Counted from the stretch's first letter, positions 40,272 to 49,886 are shown. The stretch is 64,000 nucleotides of DNA from an uncultured archaeon (GCA_963787445.1 CAWBCT010000005.1:480001-544000), one strand, 5' to 3'. Numbers and translations: made by a program. The notes: generated from the letters alone by a model not told the origin.

Positions 40272-40580
40272 TTACAGCTTCTCTCCTATCGCGAAGCGTG
40301 CGCGTACTTCGGTAATCTTGACCTTGACGGTGTCGCCCTGCTTCGCATCCTTCACGAAGATGACGTATCCGTCTTTCTTTGCGATGCCGTCTCCCTTCGA
40401 AGCTGTTGCCTCTATGGTGAGATCCATCTCATCGCCTACCTTTACCGGCTTAGGCAGGAAGTAATTCGGCTTCATGCTTGAGCCACGGTCTCCTCGATCG
40501 CGTCCGCCGCCTGAGCCTCTGTCTCCTCCATACCTGTCTTCTCTTCCGCTACTTCTTCCAAATCCTTCTTCTTCTGACAT
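40272..40580 (-). CDS. TRAM domain protein with Gly/Arg-rich N-terminus (cold-shock-like RNA chaperone)
   Basis: PKPVKVGD, KGDGIAK.DGYVIFV, RFAIGE. Confidence 0.88.
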   Translation of the reverse strand: MSEEEGFGRSSGREDRYGGDRGSGGGRDRGDRGSSMKPNYFLPKPVKVGDEMDLTIEATASKGDGIAKKDGYVIFVKDAKQGDTVKVKITEVRARFAIGEKL

Positions 40581-40727
40581 GTTGTTCACTTTTGTAGAAT
40601 AAGCTGTTCGCTTTACTCTGATATCATTTATGTGTTTATCCTTTATAATCCTATCGGTTTGTCGTCTTTAACGGGAAGATGCAAAGCTACGCTCATGCGT
40701 AGCCTGCACCGTCAGTTCGAGCTTCAA

Positions 40728-41027
40728 TTATCCGAATAAGCTCGCCAGTCCGCCTGCCGCTTGCTCTTCGCTGACCTTCTCCTCAACGACTACCTCCTTC
40801 TTTGCCTCAGCCTTGCCGGCTGCTGCTGGAGCTGCGACTGCTACCTGAGCTGTCTGGGCGTGCTTTATCACATCCTTGATGTTCACACCCTTCAGGGAGC
40901 TGACTACTGCCTTGGCCATCGCTTTGTCAACCTCGATGCCAGCAGCCTTGACGATGCCTTCGAGGCTCGCCTCACTTATCTCTTTTCCTGCCGAATCGAG
41001 CAGGAGAGCGGCGTATATGTATTCCAT
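40728..41027 (-). CDS. rpl12: 50S ribosomal stalk protein P1/L12
   Basis: MEYIYAALLL...GLASLFG. Confidence 0.97.
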   Translation of the reverse strand: MEYIYAALLLDSAGKEISEASLEGIVKAAGIEVDKAMAKAVVSSLKGVNIKDVIKHAQTAQVAVAAPAAAGKAEAKKEVVVEEKVSEEQAAGGLASLFG

Positions 41028-41047
41028 TTTATCACTTCAGTATGAAT

Positions 41048-41902
41048 TTATGATGCCGGTGCGGCTGGCTCCTCCTTCTTTACCATTCCATCCAGGCTCT
41101 TCGCTCCCAGCGCTGCCATCTCTATCAGCTTCTGGGTTACCTCCCCTTCCGGTATCTTGGCCTCTACGCCAACCGCCAGCGCGCCCCTGAAGGCGCGGCC
41201 TATGAAGGTCTCTATGTTGTACTTTGTAACATAATTCATTGCAAGGCTCAGCTCCAAAGCGCTCCTGAAGCTCTTTGCGAGCTCCTCCTGCACGAACGGC
41301 CCGTTGATCTTGAATACCTGCTCCGTGAAGACCAGTCCCGTCTCATCCACCAGGGAGACCAGCTTGCCCTTCGCCTCGAAAGGCGCGATGTCGAGCATCT
41401 TGAGCGCCTTCGAGACCTGGGTGCTTATCTTCGCGCCCTTGGCCACGAGTGTCTTGCCCTTTGAGATTATTACCTTCCCTTTCTGTATCTGAACGTCAAT
41501 TCCTGCAGCCTTCATGTCCGTGACAGCCTGCCCCGGGGCAATGCTCGTCTCTCCCGACTCTATCTTGATGTCCTCAGGCGAGATCTGGTTCGGCTTCGCC
41601 AGCAGCCTTAGCTTGTTTGAACTTATGTGGTTGTAAAGGTCCATCGGGTCCTTGTTCGAGAGCACTATCGCGACGCTTCCCGTTATGTACGGCTGCAGCT
41701 TCTTGAGGGGCTCTGTGTCGGTTATCCTCATGAGCAGGGTCTTCCTTCCGGTTATGACCATCGTGTCCGGCTTCAACCCGTTCCTGATCTTCTGGACGAG
41801 CCGGTCTGGAAGGGCGTCAATGGGCATGACACCGGCGATCTTGTACTTCTTCGCCTCCTTGTGCATCTTTTTGACGTATTCAATCTTTTCAGCCTTGATC
41901 AT
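41048..41902 (-). CDS. rpl10: 50S ribosomal protein uL10/P0
   Basis: QKIR, RKTLL, GET..APG, IQKGKV; position between uL1 and P1. Confidence 0.93.
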   Translation of the reverse strand: MIKAEKIEYVKKMHKEAKKYKIAGVMPIDALPDRLVQKIRNGLKPDTMVITGRKTLLMRITDTEPLKKLQPYITGSVAIVLSNKDPMDLYNHISSNKLRLLAKPNQISPEDIKIESGETSIAPGQAVTDMKAAGIDVQIQKGKVIISKGKTLVAKGAKISTQVSKALKMLDIAPFEAKGKLVSLVDETGLVFTEQVFKINGPFVQEELAKSFRSALELSLAMNYVTKYNIETFIGRAFRGALAVGVEAKIPEGEVTQKLIEMAALGAKSLDGMVKKEEPAAPAS

Positions 41903-41910
41903 AATGACAC

Positions 41911-42543
41911 CTACATCAGCCTTACCGGCTTCGACATGGTCAGCTTAACATACACCGACTTGATGTTGTTCGCCCCTACCTTCTTCTTTATGCTCTCCAT
42001 GATCTCGTTGACGTTGTTAAGTATCTTGTCGGCATCCATGTCCTCAGTTCCCACCACCGCGTGGACCGTGGGGAGGTACTTGCCCTTGCTCCTTATCATG
42101 ACCCTCTTGCTCACGTCGCTGGCTATGGCTGTGAGCGAGTTGCCCGGCAGAAGCGGCCTTGGCATCTTGTTGCGGGGTCCTAGGAACTGACCCATGGACT
42201 TCGCTATCGTGGGCATCAGGTTAGGCTGCGCGAATATCTCGTACTGAAGAAGGCCGTTCAGGCGCTTTGCGTCTCCCGCGACGGCGTCTATCTGGTTGCC
42301 CTCTACAATCTCGACGCCGTTCTTCCTGGCGTCCTCCATTATGACCTTGTCGTTTGCGAATACGAGCAGCTTCTTTACCTTGCCCTTGCCGTTGGGGAGC
42401 ATGACCTCGAGGTTCAGCCTGTTGTCCTGCTTGTTGAAGTCTATCCCCTTGAAATTAACCGCAAGCTCTACCGTCTGCTTGAACTTTCGCTTGCCCTTAT
42501 TCTCAGCGAGATACTTGCTAAACTCCTCTAATGTTACAGCCAT
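41911..42543 (-). CDS. rpl1: 50S ribosomal protein uL1
   Basis: KRKFKQTVEL, LGPRNKMP, VG.EDM, VKLTM. Confidence 0.96.
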   Translation of the reverse strand: MAVTLEEFSKYLAENKGKRKFKQTVELAVNFKGIDFNKQDNRLNLEVMLPNGKGKVKKLLVFANDKVIMEDARKNGVEIVEGNQIDAVAGDAKRLNGLLQYEIFAQPNLMPTIAKSMGQFLGPRNKMPRPLLPGNSLTAIASDVSKRVMIRSKGKYLPTVHAVVGTEDMDADKILNNVNEIMESIKKKVGANNIKSVYVKLTMSKPVRLM

Positions 42544-42774
42544 TGAAACCCCTCCTGCAGATTGCAGTGCGTACGGGAAAACACGTAATGTGTGCTATTA
42601 GTACGCCGATAATATTTATATAGCTTGCTGATGGGTCCCACAGGCGTATTGAGATTGTTTATATTATTGTCCATCCATTCCTTAAGAAGCATTTAAATAT
42701 CTTTATATTCAATTTATACTAGTTTAAGATTAAACCATGGTGCTATTATCGCAACTCACGCCCTTGACATCGAT

Positions 42775-43746
42775 GTGAAAGGCCTATCCAAGAGCTTCAA
42801 GGACTTCAAGGCCGTTGACAACATAAGCTTCAACGTCATCTCCGGCGAGGTGTTCGGGCTGCTGGGCCCCAACGGCGCAGGAAAGACAACCACGATAAAG
42901 ATGCTGACAACGCTCCTGAAGCCCACCTCTGGCGGCGCCAAGGTTGCCGGTTTTGACATCGCAAATCAGAAAAATGAGGTCCGCAAGAACATCGGGATAG
43001 TATTCCAGGACCCCTCGCTGGACGACCAGCTGACCGGCCGCGAGAATCTGATGTTTCATGCGATGCTGTATCACATAGACAACGCCTCTGCCAAGGAGCA
43101 GATAGCCCAGGTGATAAAACTGGTCGAGCTGGAGGACAAGGCAGACATCCTGGTGATGAACTACTCCGGCGGGATGAAAAGGCGCCTTGAGATAGCGCGC
43201 GGGCTCATACACGAGCCAAAGGTACTCTTCCTTGACGAGCCCACCGTCGGCCTGGACCCGCAGACGCGCAGAAAGATCTGGGACTACATAGTGGACCTGA
43301 ACAAGAAGCACAAGACCACGGTCATACTTACGACCCACTACATAGAGGAAGCCGACTTCCTGTGCCAAAGGGTCGCTTTCGTTGACCACGGAAAGATCGT
43401 GGCGCTTGACACCCCCAAGAAACTGAAGAGCGACCTGGGAGGCGACATAATAACACTCCGAGTGGACAAGGACGCCGACAAGAGCGTCTTCAGCAAGAAG
43501 GAGAGCTGGATAAAGGGCGTGGAAAAGCCGGAGCCAAACACCTTCAAGCTCACGGTCGAGGATGGGGAGAAGCGGATCCCTGCCCTTGTTGACATTTGTG
43601 AGGAACACAAGCTAGTGGTTGAGTCCGTGAACCTCCACAAGCCCAGCCTGGAAGACGTTTTCATACACTTCACCGGCAAGAGCATCCGCGAAGAGTCGGG
43701 CGAAGGCGGAAAGGGCATGATGCGCCAGTTCGCAAAGACGAGGTAA
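42775..43746 (+). CDS. ABC transporter ATPase (DrrA-like); true start probably slightly upstream
   Basis: GPNGAGKTT, YSGGMKRR, LDEPT, TTHY, PSLEDVF. Confidence 0.93.
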   Translation: MKGLSKSFKDFKAVDNISFNVISGEVFGLLGPNGAGKTTTIKMLTTLLKPTSGGAKVAGFDIANQKNEVRKNIGIVFQDPSLDDQLTGRENLMFHAMLYHIDNASAKEQIAQVIKLVELEDKADILVMNYSGGMKRRLEIARGLIHEPKVLFLDEPTVGLDPQTRRKIWDYIVDLNKKHKTTVILTTHYIEEADFLCQRVAFVDHGKIVALDTPKKLKSDLGGDIITLRVDKDADKSVFSKKESWIKGVEKPEPNTFKLTVEDGEKRIPALVDICEEHKLVVESVNLHKPSLEDVFIHFTGKSIREESGEGGKGMMRQFAKTR

Positions 43747-43751
43747 TTTTC

Positions 43752-44510
43752 ATGATAGACACAAAAGCGATATATACGATCTGGCTCAGGGAGATAAAGA
43801 GATTCCTGAGGGCAAAGTCGAGGATAATCGGACTCATAGTGATGCCGCTGCTCTTCCTGGTCGGCCTTGGCTACGGCCTGAACAGCTTCGTGCAACTTTC
43901 CAACGGGGTCAGCTACTTCACCTTCCTCGTGCCGGGCATAATCGGGATGACACTCCTGTTCACGAGCATACAGGGCGGGGTTTCAGTGCTCTGGGACAGG
44001 CAGTTTGGCTTCCTGAAGGAGATAATGGTGACGCCCAACTCGCGCGTCTCGATAGTTTTAGGACGAGTAGCAGGAGGCACCACAACCACATTCATACAGG
44101 GCATAATAGTGCTGATAATCGCCCTGCTGTTGGGCTTCCACTTTAACATAACTGCGGTTGCGCTCCTCTCGCTGGTATTCATGCTGCTTATAGGGATAAC
44201 CTTCCTGAGCCTGGGCCTCGCTCTGGGATCATTCATGCGCGACTTCCAGGGCTTTGGAATAGTCATGATGTTCGTATCGTACCCTCTCTTCTTCCTCTCC
44301 GGCGCGCTGGTGCCCCTCACAGGACTGCCAGCTGCAGTCCAGGACATTGCCTACGCAAACCCGCTTACCTACGGGGTCGACGGGCTGCGCGGCGCGCTGC
44401 TCGGCATCTCTAGCTTCCCGATGGCCGTGGACCTCGGGGTGATGGTTGTCGCGGCCCTAGTCGCGCTTGCCGTCTGCACCTGGGCCTTCAGGTTCAATGA
44501 GGCAGGCTAA
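43752..44510 (+). CDS. ABC-2 type permease (DrrB-like)
   Basis: FLVPG, DRQFGFLKE, FFLSGA, NPLTYGVD. Confidence 0.92.
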   Translation: MIDTKAIYTIWLREIKRFLRAKSRIIGLIVMPLLFLVGLGYGLNSFVQLSNGVSYFTFLVPGIIGMTLLFTSIQGGVSVLWDRQFGFLKEIMVTPNSRVSIVLGRVAGGTTTTFIQGIIVLIIALLLGFHFNITAVALLSLVFMLLIGITFLSLGLALGSFMRDFQGFGIVMMFVSYPLFFLSGALVPLTGLPAAVQDIAYANPLTYGVDGLRGALLGISSFPMAVDLGVMVVAALVALAVCTWAFRFNEAG

Positions 44511-44522
44511 TAATCGGCAATC

Positions 44523-45140
44523 TCAGAAACCAAGCTTCTCCTTCACTAGGATTACGGTGACCTTTCGCTGCATGAACGCCGGCTCCTTAAACAGTATTAG
44601 CAGCTTCGCGTACATGGTGCCTCCCATCCCAGCAGCCTTCATGCGCTTATCCTCAAGCGGGACACTGTACTCCTTTATGCGCTGCATGGCGTCATCCATG
44701 CTTTTAACTATCTTCTGAGTGCCAACGACCAACACTAGGTTGTGTGAACTGAATGCGTAGCCTGGCAGCTGGCTGCCCGATGCGCTCGCAGTAAGAAGCT
44801 CGCCATTTTCGGTTATCGCGTGCACGCTACCCAGCATGAAAGGGGCGGAAACGCTCCTTAATCGCAGCTCGTGCTGCTTTTGCGGATCCTTCTCCTTCAC
44901 AATCTCCTCCTTCAGGTTCATCCACTTGTGGTTTCCGGATTTCAGCAGATCTGTGAATCCAATCTCGCTCAGCGTAGTCGAACCGGCTGTCATTACCTCG
45001 GCTCCCTCCGGGACCAGCTTTGTGGCCTCCTCCAGCGCAGCCCTTCTGTCGTTAACTATGACCACATTGAAGCCATTCGCCTTCAGCGCCGCCGCTGCTT
45101 TTCCAACACTCTCCTCATTCGCAGGTTTTGACCAGTCCAT
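44523..45140 (-). CDS. LUD domain (DUF162-like) protein
   Basis: GSTTL..IG, SVHAITENG, SGSQ, VGTQKIV. Confidence 0.8.
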   Translation of the reverse strand: MDWSKPANEESVGKAAAALKANGFNVVIVNDRRAALEEATKLVPEGAEVMTAGSTTLSEIGFTDLLKSGNHKWMNLKEEIVKEKDPQKQHELRLRSVSAPFMLGSVHAITENGELLTASASGSQLPGYAFSSHNLVLVVGTQKIVKSMDDAMQRIKEYSVPLEDKRMKAAGMGGTMYAKLLILFKEPAFMQRKVTVILVKEKLGF

Positions 45141-45184
45141 ATCATCACATTATTAAGTATAAAAAGAAAAAACAAAAATAAAAG

Positions 45185-45337
45185 CTAGTTGTTTTTCTTC
45201 AGCTGCTCTATCCGCTCCTGTACGGCCTTTGTCTCCTGCTCGAGCTCCTTCTTGTAGTCCGTCAGGGCGTCTATCTTCTCTTCCCTTGTCAGGAAGTTTC
45301 TCATTCCGCTTCCGCAACCTTCGTTTCCACAATACAT
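45185..45337 (-). CDS. small coiled-coil protein, DUF5320-like (50 aa)
   Basis: Manual ORF MYCGNEGCGSGMRNFLTREEKIDALTDYKKELEQETKAVQERIEQLKKNN with AGGTGT SD and a T-rich tract downstream. Confidence 0.75.
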   Translation of the reverse strand: MYCGNEGCGSGMRNFLTREEKIDALTDYKKELEQETKAVQERIEQLKKNN

Positions 45338-45350
45338 TTCCACACCTGTC

Positions 45351-45412
45351 CAATATAGGACATCTTATATTGTGATATGCAAAGTATTTAAATATATAGG
45401 CTATCCTATATA
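45351..45412. promoter_or_regulatory. two palindromic operators flanking a shared TATA box (probable PadR sites)
   Basis: CAATATAGGACATCTTATATTG (45351-45372) and TATATAGGCTATCCTATATA (45393-45412) around TATTTAAATA. Confidence 0.65.
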
Positions 45413-45417
45413 TACTC

Positions 45418-45723
45418 ATGGAAAGGAGCGGCTGCGACATGAGAGGTATGCTCTCATTCCAGATCTTGTGGCTGTTATCGAAGAAGCCGATGCACGGGGA
45501 GGCGTTAGCCGAGGAGATAGAGAAGAGGAGGGGCGACAAGCCGAAGGCTGGCACAATCTATCCCGCATTAAAGGAACTAAGCACCACAAAACTGATAAAA
45601 GGAAAGAAGTCCGGCAAGATAATTGTCTATACGATAACTCCTGACGGAAAAACTGTGCTTAAACGGTCGGTGCGCTACTTCTGCAACTCATTTAGGGACG
45701 TGTTCGAGGATGAAGAGAGATGA
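45418..45723 (+). CDS. PadR family transcriptional regulator
   Basis: PMHG..LA, GTIYPALKEL, YTITPDG. Confidence 0.9.
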   Translation: MERSGCDMRGMLSFQILWLLSKKPMHGEALAEEIEKRRGDKPKAGTIYPALKELSTTKLIKGKKSGKIIVYTITPDGKTVLKRSVRYFCNSFRDVFEDEER

Positions 45724-46397
45724 AGTCATCCGATTTCCATTCCATTGCCAATAGCCAGTCCTGGAAGAAAGGGTTAGCCCATCTCAGGAAAAGCGACCCT
45801 GTCCTGAGCAGACTAATAACTCGGCATAAAATTCCTCCGATAGAACTGAGAAAGGACCTCTACGGTGCACTTATAAGGTCAATAATATTTCAGCAGATCT
45901 CCGGCAAGGCTGGCGCCTCAATACTCAAGAAGTTCAAGGGGCTTTACGGCAATTCGATCCCGACCCCTAAAGAGTTCCTGAGCACTCCAGAAAAGAAGGT
46001 CAAATCAGCAGGGATCTCCCCACAAAAATACTCCTATCTTGTTGATTTATCCGAACGCATACTTGATGGACGACTCGAGCTTAAGAAGTTTCACAGGATG
46101 GACAACGACTCTGTTGTGACCGAACTAGACGAAGTTCGTGGAATAGGCAGGTGGACTGCGGAGATGTTTCTGATGTTCGTGCTGGGAAGAACTGATGTGC
46201 TTCCCGTGGATGATCTTGGCCTGCAGAAAGGGCTCAGGAAGGTGTACGGCCTCAGGACTCTTCCATCAGAAGAGCGCTTCCGCAAGATAGCCAGCAGGTG
46301 GCACCCGTACTGCACCATAGCCTGCCTTTACCTGTGGAGAAGCATGGATGCGCCGGAACCCGAGAAGCCCAAAACCAAAGAGGATAGCTGGGCCTAG
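45720..46397 (+). CDS. alkA: DNA-3-methyladenine glycosylase II (AlkA, HhH-GPD)
   Basis: IIFQQIS, GIGRWTAEM, PVDDLG, W.PY. Confidence 0.9.
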   Translation: MKSSDFHSIANSQSWKKGLAHLRKSDPVLSRLITRHKIPPIELRKDLYGALIRSIIFQQISGKAGASILKKFKGLYGNSIPTPKEFLSTPEKKVKSAGISPQKYSYLVDLSERILDGRLELKKFHRMDNDSVVTELDEVRGIGRWTAEMFLMFVLGRTDVLPVDDLGLQKGLRKVYGLRTLPSEERFRKIASRWHPYCTIACLYLWRSMDAPEPEKPKTKEDSWA

Positions 46398-47498
46398 TCA
46401 TCTGAACAGCTGGACCACTCCTATTACCAGCTCTATCACTATCAGCAGTATCACGACATACTCCAAAAGCACGTCGTAGTCGAAGTTTATCAGGTCTGCG
46501 ACGAACGCGCGCTCGTCGTTTATCACGTCCAGGTCCTTCTCGAGCGAGCCCTTTATCTCTTCGAGCTTCAGGACCCTCTCAAACAGGGAGTAAACCCTTG
46601 AGAGGTACCACTCGCCAGTTCCGAAGACGGTGTCACTCACCTTGTTTATCACCGCCATGGTGTTATCGTAAAGAGTGCCCAGTTCGGAGTTAAGCGCCTT
46701 GGGTTCGTTGCTTCCAAGCCTACTGATGATTCTCTGCTTGCTCACCCTCTCGAGCACCTTCCCAGAGTTGTCTATGCGCTCCGACAGCAGTTCATGATAG
46801 ATACGCATCTCAAGGAGCTGCAGGTTGGCTATCTCCGCCATGAGCAGCTCGTACTCGTGGGCATACTCCTTGTCGAACATTATCGCGCTCTCCCAGCCCA
46901 CGTAGAAGAGATTTGTCTTGTCATAGGCGATTGTATTGCTCAGCACCGAGGCCACATAGCCGTCATCCAGCTGGTCGGGCTCCTCCTCGTCTATGAGGAG
47001 GCCGGCTATCTGCTTTTTCTGGCTCGCCGAGATCTTCTCCTTCTCGTACTCAATGTAGTAGAAGCGATAGGTCTCTCTTGTGGCGCTGGGCTGGATCTTT
47101 GCCACCTTCGAAAGGTCTGACTCAACCTTCTTTCTTGCCTTCAGAACAACATCATTAACAAACTCGGTGATCTTCTTGTCGAATGTCACCCGGTAGAGGT
47201 GGCTGTAGGATGCGTCGTTCAACTGGTATCTTACTCTGATGGACATCCCACCAAACGTGTAAAGCGCGACCTGCACCTTGAACAGGTGTTTCATCGCCTC
47301 CGTAGCAAGCGTTACGTTGTTTAGATTGAAGATTGCCGGGACGTTGAATGTGGAGATCTCTTCTGGTGAGGGCTTGTCGAACTCGTGCTTGGAGAAGTCC
47401 TCAGGGTTCTTCAGCAGCCCGTTAAGCTCCTCCTCAGTGAAGTGGACGCCCAGGTCGTACAGGAAGAGGTACACTATCTCGCTGTTCATAATCATCAA
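46398..47498 (-). CDS. conserved hypothetical protein with C-terminal TM helix (DUF155/RMD1-like)
   Basis: QLLEMR.Y helical region and C-terminal LLEYVVILLIVIEL. Confidence 0.6.
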   Translation of the reverse strand: MMIMNSEIVYLFLYDLGVHFTEEELNGLLKNPEDFSKHEFDKPSPEEISTFNVPAIFNLNNVTLATEAMKHLFKVQVALYTFGGMSIRVRYQLNDASYSHLYRVTFDKKITEFVNDVVLKARKKVESDLSKVAKIQPSATRETYRFYYIEYEKEKISASQKKQIAGLLIDEEEPDQLDDGYVASVLSNTIAYDKTNLFYVGWESAIMFDKEYAHEYELLMAEIANLQLLEMRIYHELLSERIDNSGKVLERVSKQRIISRLGSNEPKALNSELGTLYDNTMAVINKVSDTVFGTGEWYLSRVYSLFERVLKLEEIKGSLEKDLDVINDERAFVADLINFDYDVLLEYVVILLIVIELVIGVVQLFR

Positions 47499-47566
47499 TG
47501 CGCTAGGTTATCTTGGCTAGGCAAAATATCTATATCTTTTCATCCCCTATTAGGAGTGGTGCATAC

Positions 47567-48097
47567 TTGGAACTGCTCAGGGAGATCTCCGACCAAAGCT
47601 TTGGCCTGAAGCCGAGGAACACGAGATACGTAATCAGGAGAGCGGCGCGGGCGATAGTCCTCAACGGCGAGGGCAGCATGGCGCTGATGCACGCAACAAA
47701 GCTGAACTACTACAAGCTGCCTGGCGGGGGAATAGAAGGCCGGGAGACGATACAGGCCGCTCTCCACAGGGAGGTGAAGGAGGAGACCGGCTGCCAGATA
47801 AAGGAGATCTGCCCCATCGGAGTCATAATAGAGTACCGGAGCCGGCTGAAGTTCATGCCCTTCTCCTATTGTTTCATTGCAAAAGTGATAGGAGCTCCTG
47901 AAAAGCCAAAGCTTACTGAAAGAGAGGAGGGCAACGGATTCGTCGTTGAGTGGTTCACCGTTGCCCAGGCCGTTCAGCTTCTGATCAAGCAGCGCCAGAG
48001 AATCACGAACTATGCCGGCAGGTTCATGAGCGAACGGGACCTCCTCTTCACCGAGAAAGCCGCGTCCTGGCTCCGAAGCCATCCGTCTAATCTGTAG
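47567..48097 (+). CDS. NUDIX hydrolase
   Basis: LPGGGIEGRETIQAALHREVKEETG; TTG start at 47567 after GGAGTGGTG. Confidence 0.9.
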   Translation: MELLREISDQSFGLKPRNTRYVIRRAARAIVLNGEGSMALMHATKLNYYKLPGGGIEGRETIQAALHREVKEETGCQIKEICPIGVIIEYRSRLKFMPFSYCFIAKVIGAPEKPKLTEREEGNGFVVEWFTVAQAVQLLIKQRQRITNYAGRFMSERDLLFTEKAASWLRSHPSNL

Positions 48098-48748
48098 TTA
48101 ACTCTTCAGGATCTTAAAGGCGTGGTTCCAGCTGTTGTTCTTGAAACCGTAGGTTACCCACAGGACGCACAAAGGCTCCATAATCCTTGACTGCTCGATT
48201 CCCCCAAGGTCGGTTATGTTCTTCCACCCAAAATCGCGTAGGATCTTCTCAACCGCCTTTTTCGCCGCTTCGTTGTTTCCGCAGAGTAGCATGTCCGGCT
48301 CTCCCTCCTTGAACTTTGGATTGATCATGCCGGCGTTGCCTATTATGTTCAGGGTCTTCACCACATTCGCCTTTGGCAAAGCCCTCTGGGTTATCTCGCC
48401 TGCCGAATTGTTGAACCCTACAGAGAGCTTTGGCGGCATCCCGCCAGAAAAGTCAAGCGGGTTGGTCACATCGATGACAGTCTTTCCAGCAAAATTGGCA
48501 GGCCCCGCTAGCTTTACTGCTTCTTCTATGATCTCGCCCTTTACCGCTATGACTATCACTTCGCCAAACTTCGCAGTCTCCTGGAAAGTGCCGACAGAGG
48601 TCTTCTTGCCCGCCGTCTTCTTCAGCCAGGCCCTAATTTTCTCATTATTCGTGTCCCGCGTGCCTATCTTAACCTCATGCCCGAGGTTCGCAAAACCCGC
48701 TCCTATGACCTGACCCACGTCTCCTGAACCTATAATTCCAACCTTCAT
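48098..48748 (-). CDS. NADP oxidoreductase, F420-dependent/dinucleotide-binding family
   Basis: GIIGSGDVG, VIDVTNP, VVKTLN, DLGGI. Confidence 0.88.
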   Translation of the reverse strand: MKVGIIGSGDVGQVIGAGFANLGHEVKIGTRDTNNEKIRAWLKKTAGKKTSVGTFQETAKFGEVIVIAVKGEIIEEAVKLAGPANFAGKTVIDVTNPLDFSGGMPPKLSVGFNNSAGEITQRALPKANVVKTLNIIGNAGMINPKFKEGEPDMLLCGNNEAAKKAVEKILRDFGWKNITDLGGIEQSRIMEPLCVLWVTYGFKNNSWNHAFKILKS

Positions 48749-48834
48749 AAACTCACCAATTTAAACAAGCGTTTCTGAACAGTTTTATATTGAAAATGTA
48801 AAGCTTTATAGCCATTCTATCCTTAATCTGATTT

Positions 48835-49500
48835 ATGAAAAACACGGCAACAACGCCCAAAAGTAACTCTGCCAGACACGCTGGCTATCTCTTCCTGATA
48901 AGCTCCGTGCTTTTCATACTCGCAATGGTTGTTGTGCAGCTCGCCTTCCCCTGCAATGCGCACGGATGCTACAATCTTGGGACAAATCCGATTAGCGACC
49001 TGGGAAACACCGTGCTTTCAGTGCTGTGGCCCGTCTTCAACTACTCAATAATACTGTTCGGAGCCCTGCTCTTCGGAGGACTGGTGCTACTGCTTGAATC
49101 ATTTCCCAAGGACTGGATTGGAAAGCTTGGAATATTATTCCTGATGCTGAGCGCCTTCGGCGCAGCCGGCGTGGGAACCGTGCCGGAGAATACTACACTG
49201 GCGATACATTCCACTTTTGCTGCTATCTCATTTGTTGCTGGAGGTGCTGGGGTTCTGCTGATCGGCATTGCATTATTAAGAAGAAGAGGGATTGGCTGGT
49301 ATTCCGGATATTCGATCCTTTCCGGTGCCATAACTCTAATCGTCTTCTTCGCCTTCACACTTCCCCTTGGGATCTTCCCATCTCTTGCCTACTACGGGCC
49401 TGGCCTTGGATTCGGATTCGTTGAGAGGATAATCGCCTTCCCAGTGATCCTGTGGGTATTTGTGACTGGAATTCTGCTGTCAAAGAAAAATAGCGTGTAA
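48835..49500 (+). CDS. DUF998 family membrane protein
   Basis: N.ISDLG, G.VPE....H, G..ERII. Confidence 0.8.
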   Translation: MKNTATTPKSNSARHAGYLFLISSVLFILAMVVVQLAFPCNAHGCYNLGTNPISDLGNTVLSVLWPVFNYSIILFGALLFGGLVLLLESFPKDWIGKLGILFLMLSAFGAAGVGTVPENTTLAIHSTFAAISFVAGGAGVLLIGIALLRRRGIGWYSGYSILSGAITLIVFFAFTLPLGIFPSLAYYGPGLGFGFVERIIAFPVILWVFVTGILLSKKNSV

Positions 49501-49502
49501 AC

Positions 49503-49841
49503 CTAACTGTCTAGCCTGTACACCGCACTTCCTTCGGCGACGGGATGGTTTACCTTTATTCCTATAGACTCATCCTCCTGCGCCTCCCCAACATCCTCGC
49601 GGTCTATCTGCATGCTTGAGATCCTCTGCCGTATTGCCTCGTCTTCGCTCCCTATCTCTATCAGATCACCGACCTTCAGCGCCCCCGTAAGCTTTATCGC
49701 AGCCACGCTGATCTTCTCAAAGTACTGTTCCACGCTGCCCACCTGTGTCCTTCCCCTGCTGCTCTCCTGCGGCTTGCTGTTCCTCCTATTCCTCTCCTCA
49801 AAGGCGTTAACCACGTCCATTGCGCTGTCTAGGTCGTCCAA
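49503..49841 (-). CDS. EF-Tu domain II-like / peptidase U32 C-terminal-like beta-barrel protein
   Basis: VG.V.QYF.KISVAAIKL...LKVGD, SMQID, IGIKV. Confidence 0.7.
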   Translation of the reverse strand: MDDLDSAMDVVNAFEERNRRNSKPQESSRGRTQVGSVEQYFEKISVAAIKLTGALKVGDLIEIGSEDEAIRQRISSMQIDREDVGEAQEDESIGIKVNHPVAEGSAVYRLDS

Positions 49842-49886
49842 GCTATCATTAACAATCTGATTTGCACAATTATATAAGCATTTCAG

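Noticed and set aside
45153-45554. 133-aa minus-strand ORF
   Set aside because: Spans the padR promoter; the credible gene is the 50-aa ORF at 45185-45337 in another frame
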